Of a stretch of DNA of 694 nucleotides, positions 1 through 694 are shown in pieces; positions within the stretch are counted from its first letter, which is position 1; every line of letters begins with the position of its first letter. The stretch is from the sequence record AF056274.1; one strand, written 5' to 3'. The notes below the pieces were generated by a model. That model saw nothing but the letters and a program-made list of their open reading frames with translations, had not been told where the DNA came from and did no database searches. The stretch is from a phage. Position numbers and translations under genes: made by a program.

Positions 1-13
1 ACTATTAAATGCA

Positions 14-28
14 TCCCATAACATGGGA
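14..28 (-). repeat. short inverted repeat (6-bp stem TCCCAT/ATGGGA, 3-nt loop) downstream of the ORF-B stop; weak terminator candidate
   Basis: tcccat-aac-atggga at 14..28 lies about 35 nt past TAA 65..63 on the gene strand. The stem is short and the following minus-strand sequence (TGCATTTAATAGT) is only weakly T-rich, so a terminator role is not established. Confidence 0.2.
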
Positions 29-62
29 GTCAGGAACAATTTGTTTGCTAGTAGTTTTATCT

Positions 63-209
63 TTATACGGCAGGGATGTAAGTAGANAAACTCCACTCAG
101 CTGCGTTTAAAGNATCGTTAAAACGTTTAGAACCACGAATTGGGACGCGGACCAGCTTCATTAACANTAATATCTGTTGANTTACTGTCCTGACCCCAAG
201 AAATATCAT
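63..209 (-). CDS. small ORF-B (48 codons plus stop), hypothetical basic protein; alternatively the 3' continuation of ORF-A after a frame change
   Basis: ATG at 209..207 overlaps the TGA of ORF-A in an ATGA arrangement. Translation: MIFLGVRTV?QQIL?LMKLVRVPIRGSKRFND?LNAAEWS?STYIPAV*, with TAA at 65..63. No convincing SD lies immediately upstream, which is consistent with translational coupling but also with the ORF being spurious. Confidence 0.25.
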   Translation of the reverse strand: MIFLGVRTVXQQILXLMKLVRVPIRGSKRFNDXLNAAEWSXSTYIPAV

Positions 210-304
210 CCTGGAACTAGAATCTCTTGCGTGTTGGTCTTATTGTGACCANTCTTAACCNTAGACACNAAGATTCGANTATTACGTAATANTTGTAAAG
301 ACAT
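206..304 (-). CDS. small ORF-A (32 codons plus stop), hypothetical protein; possibly the 5' part of a longer gene broken by a read error
   Basis: ATG at 304..302 is preceded by AGGAG. Translation: MSLQ?LRN?RI?VS?VK?GHNKTNTQEILVPG*, with TGA at 208..206. Several codons contain N. The plus strand here is closed by many stops. Confidence 0.3.
   Translation of the reverse strand: MSLQXLRNXRIXVSXVKXGHNKTNTQEILVPG
280..291. repeat. 12-bp perfect palindrome TATTACGTAATA (core TTACGTAA), flanked by N at 279 and 292
   Basis: Read directly from the sequence: t-attacgtaat-a is identical to its reverse complement. It lies 11-22 nt inside the 5' end of ORF-A, just downstream of the SD and start. Function unknown. 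Confidence 0.5.
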
Positions 305-315
305 TTAATTATTTT

Positions 316-320
316 CTCCT
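316..320 (-). promoter_or_regulatory. Shine-Dalgarno-like ribosome binding site (AGGAG) for the downstream small ORF
   Basis: The minus strand reads TAA-GTTACAGATT-AGGAG-AAAATAATTAA-ATG. AGGAG lies 11 nt upstream of ATG 304..302 and 10 nt downstream of the upstream stop, a typical operon-internal junction. The spacing is slightly longer than optimal. Confidence 0.4.
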
Positions 321-330
321 AATCTGTAAC

Positions 331-694
331 TTATCTGCGAAATGACCTACGTGGAAGCTGATACCTCACNNTTACATTTATTTCTGCTAAACCATATGGG
401 GCCANTANACCCTCATCTGTACNAACTGANGTNATGATCATNTCAGNTGNCNCNCATGGGAAAGTCGATCCATTANGTTTACNAACAGTATATNCNAAAT
501 NNCCNCCNGTGTCNANAACGGTTTTTATATCCNCTACGAATTTTTCNANTTGCTCNTGAANGTCTGTTTCTCTTTANCNTACACCAAGAATTGAAATTCN
601 TAAAACATCCCTGTTGGCCTGAAAGAAAANACGGCCNGTTCCNTTCCAAATAANTTCNCNAACGAAACCCNCTTTNCCNCNNTNATAATTTNAA
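331..694 (-). CDS. 3' portion of a protein-coding gene of unknown function; 5' end lies beyond the window (or at an internal start, see findings); stop TAA at 333..331
   Basis: Minus-strand frame with codon starts at 694-3k gives a protein-like C-terminal translation: ...FV?DIKTV?DTGG???YTV?K?NGSTFP?????MI?TSV?TDEG??APYGLAEINV?VRYQLPRRSFRR*, where ? marks codons containing N. Further upstream the same frame reads ...GTGR?FFQANRDVL?ISILGV, but an in-frame TAA at 576..574 sits 2-4 nt downstream (on the gene strand) of the N calls at 577 and 579. The plus strand over the same span is only open where N masks potential stops. No family recognised. Confidence 0.45.

Noticed and set aside
121-128. 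8-bp palindrome AAACGTTT
   Set aside because: Short AT-rich palindromes are expected by chance at this composition. It has no partner repeat or positional context suggesting function.
281-290. TTACGTAA core as a eukaryotic PAR-bZIP / C/EBP-type binding site
   Set aside because: The surrounding context (SD-ATG spacing, tightly packed ORFs, coupled stop/start) looks prokaryotic, so a eukaryotic transcription-factor interpretation is unsupported. Kept only as an unexplained palindrome.
206-304. Superficial resemblance of the ORF-A N-terminus (SLQ?LRN?RI?VS?VK?G) to the Sm1 region of Hfq
   Set aside because: The spacing does not align without gaps, the downstream Sm2-type motif (YKHAIST-like) is absent in every frame, and the ambiguous codons make the apparent match unreliable. 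Not called.
456-653. Plus-strand ORF from the supplied track (65 aa, MGKSIH?VY?QY...)
   Set aside because: About a third of its codons contain N, and at least three (TAN at 475..477, NAA at 484..486 and 514..516) could be stop codons, so the ORF is probably open only because N masks stops. The translation is less protein-like than the antisense frame, and the plus strand is closed by stops wherever base calls are good (60..360). Most likely a shadow ORF of the minus-strand gene.
1-694. Possibility of a novel defence or mobile system (CRISPR array, toxin-antitoxin pair, IS element)
   Set aside because: There are no direct repeats with regular spacing, no terminal inverted repeats and no recognisable catalytic motifs. 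The small coupled ORFs could in principle be a toxin-antitoxin-like pair, but nothing in the sequence specifically supports that, and the read quality is too poor to argue from absence of homology.

Overview
This window reads like a low-quality single-pass read: ambiguous N calls are scattered throughout and become dense beyond about position 420, so every call is provisional and reading frames may be broken by base-calling indels. The plus strand is saturated with stop codons between about 60 and 360, while the minus strand carries the protein-like signal. The sequence supports three things on the minus strand: (1) the 3' end of a gene of unknown function running in from the window's right edge and stopping at TAA 333..331; (2) a short spacer with an AGGAG Shine-Dalgarno-like motif (320..316); (3) one or two small ORFs starting at ATG 304..302, where ORF-A's TGA stop (208..206) overlaps an ATG (209..207) that opens ORF-B, ending at TAA 65..63. 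The AT-rich composition and the SD-plus-ATG arrangement suggest a low-GC bacterium or phage, but I cannot assign any product or gene name from sequence alone. I see no CRISPR repeats, no recognisable RNA gene, no mobile-element termini and no hallmark of a defined defence or secretion system. Nothing in this window positively supports a novel biological system, and the findings below are modest.
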